Source: an uncultured Clostridia bacterium (GTDB taxonomy: Bacteria; Bacillota; Clostridia; Christensenellales; UBA1242). Taken from it: a DNA stretch of 53,959 bases. Positions 38,101 to 45,617 of the stretch are shown piece after piece (position 1 is the first letter of the stretch; each line of letters opens with the position of its first letter). Below the pieces are notes generated by a model, which was not told the origin of the DNA, searched no databases, and worked only from the letters and a program-made list of their open reading frames with translations. The translations under genes and the position numbers were made by a program. The stretch is taken from positions 1-53,959 of the forward strand of contig CALVNA010000002.1 in assembly GCA_944349535.1 (NCBI GenBank). The letters are read 5' to 3'.

Positions 38101-38549
38101 TTTGTTGTTGAATCTGGAGTCTTAGAATTTATCATCAAAATTCTGCTGTCATCACCAAGCTCAGCAAGTGGATTTCTGTCAAGGCAATAATAATCTTCTT
38201 GATAACGAGAGAAAGTTGAGTTTTGCCCATCTCCTTCACTTGATGAGCCGCTGCCAACATCAATAATCATGCCATTTGCATTGCTTTCAGGGTTGATTGC
38301 TTCCCAATTTCCAACAGCTCCATCGTCATCGTCATCATAAGGCGTTGAACCATCTTCAAAAGATGGGTTGGTGATGTCGTCAGAAATGTCAACGCGGTAA
38401 GAAGAAATATATGTGCTTGATGTTTCATCTTCAGCTTTGGCTAGCCTAAAAGATCCCAGTCCAAAAGTCATGGAAAGAGGGATCATTGCTGCAGCTGCAA
38501 GAGCCAGAGTCAGTTTGGATTTTTTAGTCTTTTTTCTTGTCATAATCAC
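35154..38549 (-). CDS. Large type I membrane-anchored surface protein, 1131 aa, with four jelly-roll/CBM-like modules and a cytoplasmic coiled-coil tail
   Basis: Signal peptide (..RLAKA-EDE). Four modules each end in a related motif: VFFDEVSLT, VVVDNIKIST, VYIDNVLLSA, AILTNIDITE. A transmembrane helix PWLLIGSIIMTLAIIVALVAVLL is followed by about 150 aa of K/E-rich heptad-like sequence. Confidence 0.7.
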   Translation of the reverse strand: MIMTRKKTKKSKLTLALAAAAMIPLSMTFGLGSFRLAKAEDETSSTYISSYRVDISDDITNPSFEDGSTPYDDDDDGAVGNWEAINPESNANGMIIDVGSGSSSEGDGQNSTFSRYQEDYYCLDRNPLAELGDDSRILMINSKTPDSTTNNNLANKGFRSSEITLSPNSFYSFSFAVKTALNSDSSVFASAYLTGVVDEDGSPLKIGYEHLNNTQWHSYEIYVATGSEEQTVTLDFYLGTNSGEYSSGVVFFDEVSLTQYSANAFISSAIIAGYSSDNFSDLTSSETKFLVTTLLDADDNIVDESFNFDFENEITSSNTISPAWNVKESQSGHARVMRLQDPTTNFKTQTGYDYIGMDLSYDILNSKQNSQALVLFTDKNANSGYVSVQSKVIDINPHQIYKISASVKVASIESGSFTLGIDEVGKTDDGTQGIYSYYPSLEKSGYSLQSGQTSGITSNTTNNFTNNYQTVELYVKGHSLYKSSFNVVLSLGSSSTAAKGCVVVDNIKISTASYEEYNNATNKYELSSFTTENENNSYFNSTQAAQTGYPVAATNYTSEIEDEKYNTAGVIYLYNQTMFAQMYSEYDWATFFPGNPSSSAQTNNVYMMHNSSYSYQSLTSPTLTLDANSYQKISFDFYTQSKTASNLASISVEIVDENGIVLFEQDGIESADHWSKFEVVFHTAETVSSTVTVKISFGTQDDEKVGTVYIDNVLLSASSSSEYQAVPNKNDVSDYFLSFESDKLTGDANTSSTTTAYEFSVDEALDGGNLADSQYAVGAMVNGQNNVYAVENDKNLLVITTRRPSTATLRSVFPITLSSSTYYKLTFDLQTLLPDKDELEDEHDYGVSISIDGFEVISNLTSDTLETFTVYLNSSSAATAEIVFSLTSDSMQTLGTAILTNIDITESSQIEFNSATIAPDYQEKVFQSNYISSDSNEDAGEEETPDADDTTEPTNSADPWLLIGSIIMTLAIIVALVAVLLKKIKIKRKPILEKSGYDRKLSIDLELVANEAKRRRDQQLSELFENKKSLQNEKTTLEEQHKFFVQEARVANKGKITKEIEKEFKSYAASINKIEEKLAIIDEQIAAVSSPDHLIEIEKDVMQEEEYRLKQERKANIEKQKEQKKADQDDK

Positions 38550-38641
38550 ACCTTTTTTGTAAGTTTAAATTTACATGTAAAGTTACTAGAGTATTATAAT
38601 ATATTTATTGCCACAAATCAAATAATTTTTGCAAAAATATT

Positions 38642-38647
38642 TATAAT
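38642..38647 (+). promoter_or_regulatory. -10 box TATAAT lying 6 nt before the ATG at 38654; leaderless candidate
   Basis: The sequence reads TATAAT-AAAGCT-ATG. The ATG at 38681, preceded by AGAGAG, is an alternative start. Confidence 0.35.
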
Positions 38648-38653
38648 AAAGCT

Positions 38654-39070
38654 ATGAAATTGAAAGAAAGAGAGTGTGGCATGGTTTTTGAAAAGAGCAA
38701 AAATAAAATTCTTGCAAAAAAGCAAATTTGTATTTTGATTTGCAGTGGAGCTTTTATTGGACTTTTGAATGGCTTTTTTGGCGGTGGTGGAGGAATGGTT
38801 TGCGTTCCAATTCTTGAAAAAGTTTTAAATCTTTCAAGCAAAGAGTCGCACGCTACTGCAATTTCTGTTATTTTTCCTTTAAGTTTTGTTTCGGCTTGTA
38901 TTTATGTTTTCAACAATTCAATCTCATCGCTTCCGCTTTTGACGGTCGCTCTAGGCGCGGTCGCTGGCGGAATAGTTGGTGCATATGTTTTAAAATTTAT
39001 GCCGCCAAAAGCTATACGATTTATTTTTGCCCTAATTATGCTTGCTGGTGGAATAAGGATGATAATATGA
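38654..39070 (+). CDS. TSUP/TauE-SafE family membrane transporter, half-size (N-terminal-type) subunit
   Basis: FFGGGGGMVCVPIL motif with about 4 transmembrane helices. Confidence 0.7.
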   Translation: MKLKERECGMVFEKSKNKILAKKQICILICSGAFIGLLNGFFGGGGGMVCVPILEKVLNLSSKESHATAISVIFPLSFVSACIYVFNNSISSLPLLTVALGAVAGGIVGAYVLKFMPPKAIRFIFALIMLAGGIRMII

Positions 39071-39441
39071 CAATTTTGATATATGTGCTTTTTGGCTTTT
39101 TGTCAGGTGTTTTGGGTGGCTTGGGAATGGGTGGCGGCACCATTCTGATTCCATTATTGACAATTTTTGTTGATTTAGACCAAAAGATGAGCCAAGGCAT
39201 AAATCTTATTGCATTTTTATTGATGGCTCTGTTTTCACTGATAATTCATTACAAAAATGGCTTTATCAAACCAAACGGAATTTTATACATCATTTTTAGT
39301 GGTGTGCTTTTTTCTGTGTTGGGGGCTTTTGCTGCAAACATCCTTCCAGCAACAATTTTGCGTGTTTGTTTTGGTATTTTTTTGATCATTCTTGCTTTTA
39401 ATCAAATCTTCAAGATTTTCACGCAAAACAAAAGGAAATAA
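39067..39441 (+). CDS. TSUP/TauE-SafE family membrane transporter, half-size subunit
   Basis: GGLGMGGGTILIPLL motif with about 4 transmembrane helices. ATGA overlap with the upstream half. Confidence 0.7.
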   Translation: MTILIYVLFGFLSGVLGGLGMGGGTILIPLLTIFVDLDQKMSQGINLIAFLLMALFSLIIHYKNGFIKPNGILYIIFSGVLFSVLGAFAANILPATILRVCFGIFLIILAFNQIFKIFTQNKRK

Positions 39442-39465
39442 AGAGAACTTTTACCTTAAAAATAG

Positions 39466-39494
39466 TTTACATTCTTGACTAAATATGCTAAAAT
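39466..39494 (+). promoter_or_regulatory. Promoter of the ferredoxin / Ppx-like / MreB-like operon
   Basis: TTTACA, a 17-nt spacer, then TGcTAAAAT (extended -10). Confidence 0.45.
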
Positions 39495-39513
39495 ACAAGC
39501 AACGGAGGGCTAT

Positions 39514-39681
39514 ATGGTCAACAAGCAAAAATGTATCGGATGTGGCACTTGCGTGGCAATTTGTCCTGTGGGAGCAATCAGTTTTGGCAAAGATGGCAAG
39601 GCTGAAATTGACCCGAAAAAATGTATTCATTGTGGTGCCTGCCAAGCCAGCTGCCCTGTTGATGCTATAAAACTTGATTAA
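39514..39681 (+). CDS. 2x[4Fe-4S] ferredoxin, 55 aa
   Basis: CIGCGTCVAICP and CIHCGACQASCP motifs. GGAGGG lies before the ATG at 39514. Confidence 0.85.
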   Translation: MVNKQKCIGCGTCVAICPVGAISFGKDGKAEIDPKKCIHCGACQASCPVDAIKLD

Positions 39682-39692
39682 GCGAGGAAAGT

Positions 39693-41189
39693 GTGGAAAA
39701 ATTAGCTATTTTAGAATTAAATGAAAGTATGTTGAGAGTGGCAATCTATAAAGTAAGCAACGGACGATTCCAGATGATTCTTGACAAAAATCAGCCATTC
39801 AATTTGGGTAAAGAAATTTTGACGGAAGAGCTGATCAGACCAAAAACAAGAACTGATCTTTTAAATGTTATCAAAATTTATCGAAAACTTATTGAAAGCT
39901 ATAAAGCAACCAAAATCGTTGCAGTGGCTTCCAAAATTTTGTTGCGTGCAAGAAATTATCGCGGTTTTATTGATGAAGTTTACAACAACACGGCAATGAC
40001 TATGCAAATTTTGTCTGATGAAGACTTTTTAAAAGTCATCTATAATTCTGTGATCAATTCAATCGACAATTCAAAAGGGTTTTTCTTCTATGTTGGTTGT
40101 GATTTCACTGGAATTGTGAAATACAACAGAAGAACGATGCTGTCAAGTCAGATTTTGCCTTTTGGGATTGATAATGTTGTGAAAGATGAGCAGGGCAATG
40201 ATCGAGCTATGGCAGAGATTGAAGATTTTGTCAAAAAACAATTTTCGGGCATTGATCTTTTGAAGGAAATCGACAGCGAAAGCAATATCGTTGGCTGCGG
40301 AAATGCTTTTCTTGCTTTTGGCAAAATTGCAAAAAAAATTGCAAGATATTCGCTTGACTTAGACAACAATTATGAAGTTTCAAAAGACATCATGGAAAAA
40401 ACTTATCAATTCATCAGTGGCATTGACCTTGAAAAGATCGGCAAGATAAAAGGAATCAACTTTATTGAAGCTGAAAAGGTTGCTGGTGCAGTTGCTTTTA
40501 TAAAAGCTTTGTATGATACAAGCGGTGCAAGCTCTATTGCAATTTCAACTGCAAGTTTGCGTCATGGTCTTGTTATTCAAAATACCACAGTTCCATCACA
40601 GGCACAATTTAGCGACTTATTGTCAAACTCTTTGGACAATTTTTACGAATTTAATAAAAATGAAAACTCCATAAATGAATATGTTTATCAAATGGCTATG
40701 ATTTTGTTTAAGCAACTGAAAGTTATGCACAAACTGCCAAGATTTTATGTTAAACCTTTGCGAATCGCCTCTTTCATGTATGACTGTGGCAAAGTGATAA
40801 ATTATGATCATATTGAGCGCAACGGCTTTGATGTTATTTTGAATTCGGGCATATGCGGAGCTTCACACAAAGAACTTCTTATCGCAAGCTTTATCTGTCT
40901 TTGTCAAGATCTTGACAATCTGTCGCTGAGCGAATGGCTTAAATATAAAGATATTTTGACTGATGAAGATTTGGATGCAGTGCGAAAGCTTGGTGTGATT
41001 TTAAGCCTTGCAAGAGCGCTGAATGCTTCACGCAAGCCGCTTATCACAGATATTGTTTGTGATATTCTTGGCGATTCAATCATTGTTAAAACAATCACAG
41101 AAGGCAATGCTGAATTTGAAATTATGGAAGGCATGAAAGTTGCTTCAACTTACAAAAAAGTGTTCAAGAAAAGTTTGCAAATCATTTAA
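39693..41189 (+). CDS. Ppx/GppA phosphatase-fold protein with degenerate phosphate-binding and HD motifs
   Basis: Its layout matches Ppx/GppA (IVAVASKILLRARN, ILSDEDFLKVIYNSV). However DxGSNS reads ELNESM, DIGGGS reads YVGCDF, and LHDIG of the HD domain reads MYDCG. It has a GTG start. Confidence 0.6.
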   Translation: MEKLAILELNESMLRVAIYKVSNGRFQMILDKNQPFNLGKEILTEELIRPKTRTDLLNVIKIYRKLIESYKATKIVAVASKILLRARNYRGFIDEVYNNTAMTMQILSDEDFLKVIYNSVINSIDNSKGFFFYVGCDFTGIVKYNRRTMLSSQILPFGIDNVVKDEQGNDRAMAEIEDFVKKQFSGIDLLKEIDSESNIVGCGNAFLAFGKIAKKIARYSLDLDNNYEVSKDIMEKTYQFISGIDLEKIGKIKGINFIEAEKVAGAVAFIKALYDTSGASSIAISTASLRHGLVIQNTTVPSQAQFSDLLSNSLDNFYEFNKNENSINEYVYQMAMILFKQLKVMHKLPRFYVKPLRIASFMYDCGKVINYDHIERNGFDVILNSGICGASHKELLIASFICLCQDLDNLSLSEWLKYKDILTDEDLDAVRKLGVILSLARALNASRKPLITDIVCDILGDSIIVKTITEGNAEFEIMEGMKVASTYKKVFKKSLQII

Positions 41190-41200
41190 GCGGAGTTGTT

Positions 41201-42202
41201 ATGAAAAAATATAGGTTTGCTATTGAAATCGGCGGTGCTTACACAAAAATTTATGTCAAAGATTTTGGCATTGTTTTGTGTGAGCCAACCTTGGTTGCGG
41301 CAAAAGCAAATGCCAGTGGTTACGAAATTGTAGGTCTTGGAACAGAAGCCAAAAAACTTATGGGCAAAACTGGCGAAAATGTTGAAATTTTCAGCCCAAT
41401 CATCAATGGTCAAGTGAGCAATTATGAATATTTGAAAGAGCTTATCAACTATTTCTTTGACAAAATTGAAATAAAACGCAAAAAAGAAAACATTATCGCT
41501 TTGGTAAATTGTGCGATAAACGAGAAGGAAAAAACTAATTTGCGAAATTTGCTCAATGCCGTTGGTTTTGGAGAAGTCGCTTTGGTGCCAACAGTGATTT
41601 GCTCATGTGTTGGTGCAGGCAAAAACATCAGTTCAACAAAAACAAACATGGTGATAAACATAGGCGGAGCCAACACAGATATCGCAGTTATCAACATGAA
41701 CAGCATTATCAAAGGAGCAACGCTTGGGCTTGGTGGCAAGGCAGTTGATGTTGCAATCACCAATGCCATCGCATACAATCACGGCATTGTGCTAGGAGTT
41801 GGAGTAAGTGAAAATTTGAAGGTCGAAATTGGCTCTCTTTATTCAAATGATACTTTGAATATGGAAGTAACAGGCATCGATGTTGAAAGCAAAATGCCAA
41901 AATCTTACATAATCACTTCAAACGACTTGCTGCCGATTTTAGAGCCATTTTATGACGAAATAATCAGATCAGCGGATGTTACCATCACATCGCTAGCACC
42001 TGAAATTTCAACAGACATCATCAATAATGGGGTGCTGTTTTGTGGCGGAATGAGCAATATTACAGGTCTTGACCACTATCTTAAACGAGAATTTCGCTAT
42101 CCTTTTAAAATTCTTGCTGATGCAGAAAACATTTCAATTTTGGGTGCGGGAAAGTTGCTCGACGACTCGGAGCTTTTAAATAAAATAATTGAAAATTTTT
42201 AA
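41201..42202 (+). CDS. MreB-like actin-fold protein, divergent
   Basis: FAIEIGGAYTKIYVKDFGIVLCEPTLVA, MVINIGGANTDIAV and VLFCGGMSNITGL align to MreB phosphate-1, phosphate-2 and adenosine motifs, with D-to-E and D-to-N changes. Confidence 0.72.
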   Translation: MKKYRFAIEIGGAYTKIYVKDFGIVLCEPTLVAAKANASGYEIVGLGTEAKKLMGKTGENVEIFSPIINGQVSNYEYLKELINYFFDKIEIKRKKENIIALVNCAINEKEKTNLRNLLNAVGFGEVALVPTVICSCVGAGKNISSTKTNMVINIGGANTDIAVINMNSIIKGATLGLGGKAVDVAITNAIAYNHGIVLGVGVSENLKVEIGSLYSNDTLNMEVTGIDVESKMPKSYIITSNDLLPILEPFYDEIIRSADVTITSLAPEISTDIINNGVLFCGGMSNITGLDHYLKREFRYPFKILADAENISILGAGKLLDDSELLNKIIENF

Positions 42203-42208
42203 ATTAAG

Positions 42209-42232
42209 CATGCAAAAATTGCATGTTTTTTT
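42209..42232 (+). terminator. Rho-independent terminator
   Basis: CATGCAA-aaa-TTGCATG stem followed by TTTTTTT. Confidence 0.7.
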
Positions 42233-42324
42233 ATGCAAAATTTGACAAAATGTCTGCAAAAAATCAAATTATCTCGTTTGCCCTAGCTGACGTGTTGATA
42301 TACAATACTTGCAGGAGCAAAAAT

Positions 42325-43116
42325 ATGGCAAGAAAAATAGTTCTTACAAGTGGAAAGGGTGGGGTTGGCAAAACGACAGTTTGTGCAAATCTTGGCAAAA
42401 ACCTTGCAAAACTCGGCTTTCGCGTGGTGCTTTTGGATGTTGACATTGGACTCAATAATCTTGATGTTGTTATGGGGGTTGAAAGTCAAGTTGTTTTCGA
42501 CATAACAGATGTGATTATGGGCAAATGCAGGGCAAGACAGGCACTGGTTCAAGACAAAAAAATTTCTTCGCTTTATATCATGCCTTCAATTCATGCTTAC
42601 AATAAAGTTAAAATTCTTGGAGAGCACATTAAAAATGTGGTAGATCAACTTGACAGCAATTTTGATTACATTTTGATTGACTGTCCAGCAGGAGTTGAAG
42701 CAGGGTTTCATCGTGCTGTTTTTCCAGCCAATGAAGCCATCATTGTTGTTACGCCACATCTTTCTTCAATTCGAGATGCCGACAAGGTGATAGCACTGCT
42801 TAATGATTACAACATTGCAAGCAAAGGGCTTGTCATAAATCGTATGCGGGGAGATATGCTTTTGAATGGAGAACTTATGGATATTGACAGCATTGTCAAA
42901 GCTCTGGGCATCCCTCTTTTGGGTATTATTCCAGAAGACGATGCAATCGGTTCAAGTTGTTCGCTTGGCGGACAATGTGCTTCTGTGGAAAGTGCAAGAG
43001 CTTTTACATTGCTCAGCGAGAATATACATAATGGCTCGAAAAAGATTTTTGATTGCACTTACAAATATCGTGGGCTTTTTGGCTATTTTAAAAGAAATTT
43101 GAAAAAGAGGGTGTGA
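42325..43116 (+). CDS. minD: Septum site-determining ATPase MinD
   Basis: Deviant Walker A TSGKGGVGKTT, DVDIGLNNLDVVMG, IDCPAG, and a C-terminal amphipathic helix GLFGYFKRNLKKRV. AGGAG lies before the ATG at 42325. Confidence 0.9.
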   Translation: MARKIVLTSGKGGVGKTTVCANLGKNLAKLGFRVVLLDVDIGLNNLDVVMGVESQVVFDITDVIMGKCRARQALVQDKKISSLYIMPSIHAYNKVKILGEHIKNVVDQLDSNFDYILIDCPAGVEAGFHRAVFPANEAIIVVTPHLSSIRDADKVIALLNDYNIASKGLVINRMRGDMLLNGELMDIDSIVKALGIPLLGIIPEDDAIGSSCSLGGQCASVESARAFTLLSENIHNGSKKIFDCTYKYRGLFGYFKRNLKKRV

Positions 43117-43118
43117 TT

Positions 43119-43349
43119 ATGGATTATAGAATTTCAAATCGACTTTCTTGCATTTTAGAAGGCGACAAAATGTTTGACCCGCAAAGAATTTGTCAAATTT
43201 TAGAGAAAGAGCTTGAACCAATAATCGTCAATTTTTTAGAATTGGATGGGCAAGTAAAAGTAAGATATAAAAAAGATAATTTGCAAAATATTTTTTTTAT
43301 TGAGTTTGCCGCTCAGAGAATAAAACCTATCGGATATATTCCTTACTAA
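43119..43349 (+). CDS. minE: MinE-like topological specificity factor, short, lacking an obvious N-terminal membrane-targeting helix
   Basis: The gene sits immediately after minD. RLSCILEGDKMFDPQRICQILEKELEPIIVNFLELDGQVKV resembles the MinE core (RL..iL..DR...sP..l..lk.Eil.vi.ky.eid). Confidence 0.5.
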   Translation: MDYRISNRLSCILEGDKMFDPQRICQILEKELEPIIVNFLELDGQVKVRYKKDNLQNIFFIEFAAQRIKPIGYIPY

Positions 43350-43396
43350 AATAAAAAATGCCGCATCACTACGCAGCATTTTAAATTTGTTGATTT

Positions 43397-45607
43397 TTAC
43401 AAAGGAAGTTGATTGAAAATTTCTTCACCTTTTTCTTTGAGTGGCGTGGTTTGATCTGAAGAAATCTCAAGCCCCATAAAAGAAATAAATTTTTGGCTTT
43501 CATTTTTTTCAATCACAATTGACAGGTCGCCTTGAGTAAAGGCAATTCTGGCAACTTTGATTGATTTGTCAGCATTAAATTCAAAATATAGTTGAGCATT
43601 AAGAGCAAAGAGTTCCATGTTTTGCTCTAAAACAGGTTTGTTGTTTGTCTCTAAAACAATTGCAAAAACGGCAATACCAAGACTGATAATAAATCCATTG
43701 TCAGCGCCGGTTGTGTCAATTTCAAACAAAGCGGAGCTGTCTTGCGAAGAGTGAAGCTCAACTTTTGCAGAAAGTTTTGCATCGACAAAATCAGTCATAA
43801 AAAGATTGATTCCATTTTCAGTTTCACTCAATTTCATCAGATATTTATCAGCCAGTTCAACGTCCAATGAGTTGCTTTTTGCTGTGATGTCTGTTATCAA
43901 ACTTTCATTTACATCGGCATGCAGTTGAGAGAGCAACAAGTATAGCAAATTGTTTAAAGATAAATTTATGCCAAAGTATTCTGATAAGAAGAATTGCAAA
44001 CCTTCAATAACTTTTTGTGCACTTCCATCAGAAGTGTCAAGCAAGAATTTGGCAGTGTCAAGTTGCACGAAAATTTTGCTGTCATATAGTGCAACTTTGA
44101 TTAGCCCTTCATTTAAGCTGATATAAATTTCTGGAGCTGGGGTGTTGATGATTTTGATTTGGCCTTGCAATGATGCTGTGCCCACAATTAAACTGAAAGA
44201 TCCTTCAACAGCGTTAGAAGAAAACAAGTTTGAAAAACTTTGAATATATGGTATCAGCTGTGATAACTCTGAATACTGATATTTTTCTTCATCAAATTCA
44301 GGCATTACTGCGTTTTCTTTAAAGCCCAAATCTGCAGTCGCAAAATCACTTGTGAAAGATATTGCACTTAACATTTCATCGTTTGATTCAACAACAAATT
44401 CGCCAATATTTTTGAGTGTTAAATAAAAGCTGTCGTTCTCTTTATAAAGTTGCTCAACAATTGACAAGTCCAAATCGGAAAGGTTAAAGCTTGGCAAGTT
44501 ACCCAGTATATCCTCTAGGTTTTCAAAATTCATGCTCAAAATGTCGGTTACAAATGATGGCAATTCTATGTTGAAGTTGTTTTGAAGCATCTCAAGCAAA
44601 TCTGGCAAACTTGTAAGATCAAATTGCAAGTAAATATTGAAAATATTGAAATAAATTTTATTGTTTTTTAGTGTCAAATTCAAAAAGTCTGCGGCATTTA
44701 CTGAAACTGCCTTCTGATTTTTGTCGATGTAAAGTGAAAGACTTTGCTCTTTCAAAGATAAGTCTGGGTTTGTTACAGAAAAGGCTCCGTCCAAGGCAAT
44801 AACATCATTTTTGTTGTTGTAATTTAAAAATTTGTTGGCCAAGTCTAGCATGGCAGTCAAGTCTTTATAGCCTTCTGGGTTGATTGTTATTGTGGCATTT
44901 TCTGTTTGAACAAAAGTGCCTTGGATGTCAATTTGATAATTTTCAACTGAAATAGTTGGTATTTTCACAGATTTCAGATTATAGTTAAGGTCTGTTTCGA
45001 TCGAAATTGCTCCAATCTCTGGCAACTCTATTTCAATAATTCTGCTTTCATCCAAAACAGTTTCTTTTAAATTTGAGAGTAATGGTAAAAGCTGATTGAG
45101 ATCTAGTGAGCCTAAATCAAAGTCTAAAGCCGGCAGTTCTAAGCCGAAGTTCTGCAATAATTGTGAAAGAGAGTTTACAAAATTGTTAGTATTTATATAG
45201 AATTTGTTGTTGAATGCGTCAATGTAAAGGTTTTGGCCAAGATAGGTCAGCCCTAAAGAGAGATTTTGATCATTAGATGAGATTTTGATATCACTTGCAA
45301 GAGCGAGATTTTCAAGACCTTTTGAAAAATCTAATTGAGCATCTGCGCTTACAACAATTTGTGAAGACAAGCTTTCTTCTTGCTCGTTTACAGTTGAAAT
45401 TGTTGCTTGCAAATCAAAATCTAAAGCAGAATTTTGCATAATGTTCATTACGATGTTTGAAATTTGCTGTGGCATTTGGGCAACGCTTTCAGAAGGTGAA
45501 GTGCTTGAATTGCCATTCCAAGAAATCAAAATCACACCATAAGCTGAAGCTATGGATATCACCAAATACATGAGTGTGTAAGATATGTATCTCAATATTC
45601 TTTTCAT
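43397..45607 (-). CDS. Hypothetical large membrane-anchored protein, 736 aa
   Basis: N-terminal transmembrane helix (YTLMYLVISIASAYGVILISW), then a long N/L/D/S-rich extracytoplasmic region with recurrent L-x-LP-x-(F/L)-D-x-D-L-like segments. AAGGAG lies before the ATG, 10 nt after the upstream gene. Confidence 0.75.
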   Translation of the reverse strand: MKRILRYISYTLMYLVISIASAYGVILISWNGNSSTSPSESVAQMPQQISNIVMNIMQNSALDFDLQATISTVNEQEESLSSQIVVSADAQLDFSKGLENLALASDIKISSNDQNLSLGLTYLGQNLYIDAFNNKFYINTNNFVNSLSQLLQNFGLELPALDFDLGSLDLNQLLPLLSNLKETVLDESRIIEIELPEIGAISIETDLNYNLKSVKIPTISVENYQIDIQGTFVQTENATITINPEGYKDLTAMLDLANKFLNYNNKNDVIALDGAFSVTNPDLSLKEQSLSLYIDKNQKAVSVNAADFLNLTLKNNKIYFNIFNIYLQFDLTSLPDLLEMLQNNFNIELPSFVTDILSMNFENLEDILGNLPSFNLSDLDLSIVEQLYKENDSFYLTLKNIGEFVVESNDEMLSAISFTSDFATADLGFKENAVMPEFDEEKYQYSELSQLIPYIQSFSNLFSSNAVEGSFSLIVGTASLQGQIKIINTPAPEIYISLNEGLIKVALYDSKIFVQLDTAKFLLDTSDGSAQKVIEGLQFFLSEYFGINLSLNNLLYLLLSQLHADVNESLITDITAKSNSLDVELADKYLMKLSETENGINLFMTDFVDAKLSAKVELHSSQDSSALFEIDTTGADNGFIISLGIAVFAIVLETNNKPVLEQNMELFALNAQLYFEFNADKSIKVARIAFTQGDLSIVIEKNESQKFISFMGLEISSDQTTPLKEKGEEIFNQLPL

Positions 45608-45617
45608 TTTCTGCTCC

